64,000 nucleotides of DNA from Kiritimatiellia bacterium. GTDB taxonomy: Bacteria; Verrucomicrobiota; Kiritimatiellia; RFP12; UBA1067. The first letter of the stretch is position 1; the number at the start of each line of letters is the position of its first letter. Shown piece after piece: positions 62,682 through 64,000 of the stretch. The translations under genes and the position numbers were made by a program. The stretch spans positions 2,670 to 66,669 of the forward strand of contig JAZRVL010000054.1 of assembly GCA_045599105.1 (NCBI GenBank), read 5' to 3'. The notes beneath the pieces are model-generated. The model was not told the DNA's origin, ran no database searches, and was given only the letters and a program-made list of their open reading frames with translations.

Positions 62682-62729
62682 AGAGCTTTCCGTTAAGGGG
62701 TAAGAAGATTGTCGTTAAGGGGTAGGGAA

Positions 62730-62811
62730 AGAAACGCGCGCGTTTCTCGCAAAAACGTGCGCGTTACTATTGACAAACGCGCGCGTTTCTTGATATAATG
62801 CGCGCGTTTCT
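62730..62811. promoter_or_regulatory. operator array: AGAAACGCGCGCGTTTCT palindrome, one degenerate copy, one near-perfect copy and one half-site, interleaved with a consensus promoter
   Basis: A is a perfect 18-bp palindrome at 62730-62747. B is degenerate at 62751-62768. C matches 17/18 at 62773-62790. D is a half-site at 62797-62811. Confidence 0.8.
62770..62799 (+). promoter_or_regulatory. near-consensus sigma70-type promoter TTGACA-18-TATAAT (with TG extension)
   Basis: TTGACA at 62770-62775 and TGATATAAT at 62791-62799. Operator copy C fills the spacer. Confidence 0.7.
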
Positions 62812-62879
62812 CTACTTACCCGTCCTCCAGGAGCTTGTTGCCCCATGGGTATAATGAGTTAACCCCAAAAGGATATTAT

Positions 62880-63632
62880 ATGATCCACAAGAAAACCGTA
62901 TTGAAGCTCAAGGCATACAAGGATGCTTCGTCAGTAGCCAAGGGTTCATCATTCCAAGCAGATATTGTTCCCGTGATGACGTATGCGGGCGAGCAATTGT
63001 ATCAGAAATTGGCTGAATTTATGCAATTGGCCAATTCTGCGCAAGCCGAACAGATTGTGGGTGGAATGGAGAATTTCATTAAAAGTGAGCTAAAGAATGG
63101 CAATCGGCTCGATTTCGGGCTGGTATCATTCTTTCCGCGTCTTTCGGCGGCGTTACCGACGCGCGATGCCGATCCCGCTCAAGAGGGGATTTTCGCGCGC
63201 GGCGCGGTGAAGGCGAGGAAGGTGCTTTCGGCGTCGCTTGAAGAGGATATTGACGTTGAAAATCCGCAAGCGGAGGATGCGTTGAGAATTGTCGGCGTGG
63301 TCGACAACGAGGACGATAATTTACCGTACGACGGATTCCGTCTGCATCATGAAGTAGGGATATTGAATCACGCGCTTAGAATAACCATCGATCCCTCGCA
63401 CGAGGACGAGAAGATTTGGCTCGAAAAGCCGATTAAGCGCCGGCATCAAGAACGCGTTCCGTTGGCCTACGCGCAGTATCTTGGCACTAAAGACGGCTGG
63501 AAACTTCGCTGCAAATTCGCCGACGACGCGGTTCGTCCGGGCAAATACACGCTTTGCGTTTCCACTCGCGCCGGCAAAGGCCTCGATTACCGCCTTCGCA
63601 TCGTCCGCCATCCGGTTAAAGTATTGGCGTAA
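62880..63632 (+). CDS. HU-like DNA-binding protein with a C-terminal Ig-like domain (HU_HIG + DUF4469-type architecture)
   Basis: The N-terminal half (..IKSELKNGNRLDFGLVSFFPRLSAAL) resembles HU-fold proteins of the Bacteroides 'histone-like' class. The C-terminal ...VRPGKYTLCVSTRAG... fits DUF4469. AAAAGGA SD before the ATG at 62880. Confidence 0.55.
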   Translation: MIHKKTVLKLKAYKDASSVAKGSSFQADIVPVMTYAGEQLYQKLAEFMQLANSAQAEQIVGGMENFIKSELKNGNRLDFGLVSFFPRLSAALPTRDADPAQEGIFARGAVKARKVLSASLEEDIDVENPQAEDALRIVGVVDNEDDNLPYDGFRLHHEVGILNHALRITIDPSHEDEKIWLEKPIKRRHQERVPLAYAQYLGTKDGWKLRCKFADDAVRPGKYTLCVSTRAGKGLDYRLRIVRHPVKVLA

Positions 63633-63639
63633 GCTTGCC

Positions 63640-63673
63640 ATTTCGCTTGACTTCGCGCTCAAGGCGAAATTTT
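63640..63673 (+). terminator. hairpin plus short T-run after the HU-like gene
   Basis: 7-bp stem ATTTCGC/GCGAAAT (63640-63646 and 63664-63670) with 4 inner pairs, then TTT. Confidence 0.35.
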
Positions 63674-63681
63674 GGTATAAT
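63673..63681 (+). promoter_or_regulatory. extended -10 TGGTATAAT, 6 nt before the ATG at 63688
   Basis: Exact TGnTATAAT. Confidence 0.45.
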
Positions 63682-63733
63682 TTAGCCATGCAAGGCGGTT
63701 CAATGGGCTGTAGTGGGGTTTGCGATAGGGATA

Positions 63734-64000
63734 ATGATGAATAAAAAAAGATGCAAAATATGGCCAATTTTAATGGTTGTTGCGGTTGCGTTTTTGTTTG
63801 AGCGCAAAGAGACGCTTGAAATTAAAGATGGATATGTGATAATTGGGAAGGTGTCTCTATGGGGATGTCGAAAGACGGAGAATTCACGTTTACCAGTTTG
63901 CGATGTAAAAGATATAGTGGTTAAGCCAGCTTGTGTTCTACCTGGGTATGTATTATCTGTGATTGATAAACGAGAAAAGGTGTTTTTTAGATTAGACTAC
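63734..64000 (+). CDS. membrane-anchored hypothetical protein, 3' end outside the window
   Basis: The frame is open from ATGATG at 63734 to the window edge (MMNKKRCKIWPILMVVAVAFLFERKE...). One N-terminal TM helix. Confidence 0.4.
   Translation, partial: MMNKKRCKIWPILMVVAVAFLFERKETLEIKDGYVIIGKVSLWGCRKTENSRLPVCDVKDIVVKPACVLPGYVLSVIDKREKVFFRLDY

Noticed and set aside
1-64000. rRNA, tRNA, tmRNA, RNase P, integrase or IS transposase genes
   Set aside because: I scanned the intergenic gaps, the largest being ~200 bp, and both strands. I found no T-loop/acceptor-type cloverleaf signatures, no gap large enough for the bigger RNAs, and no DDE or tyrosine recombinase-like ORFs. A covariance-model scan would be needed to exclude small RNAs formally.

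Overview
This 64-kb chromosomal window is mostly + strand. It carries tightly packed housekeeping operons, often with 1-4 nt overlaps: deoA-like, tkt, purB, pheS, corA, an Mla-type lipid transporter, prmA/prmC, hslO, alr, V-type ATPase D-I-K, manA, GTP-PEPCK, rplM-rpsI, a DEAD-box helicase and gpmI. The host is roughly 45-50% GC and I cannot assign it; the gene content looks PVC/FCB-like, but that is a guess. I saw no rRNA, tRNA or CRISPR array. Three accessory regions stand out. (i) 15.1-25.9 kb holds a ~3,260-aa secreted repeat protein with an embedded SGNH esterase. Its signal-peptide codons contain a G10 tract, a candidate phase switch. It is preceded by a PIN-toxin cassette bracketed by a perfect 78-bp duplication of the giant gene's RBS and first 12 codons. 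(ii) 29.3-39.9 kb, minus strand and visibly GC-richer, is a 5'-truncated Mu-like prophage remnant. It keeps only head and non-contractile-tail genes. It includes a portal C-terminus fused to a zinc ribbon and a nuclease-like domain, a second polyvalent-type protein, an A9 slippery site in the tail-chaperone position, and unusual intergenic repeats. (iii) 62.4-64.0 kb has an HU-like (HU_HIG/DUF4469-type) gene behind a consensus promoter that is embedded in an array of GC-alternating palindromes. TGnTATAAT boxes lie only 6-9 nt upstream of several start codons, which suggests frequent leaderless mRNAs. All functional calls come from motif and architecture recognition by eye; no searches were run.
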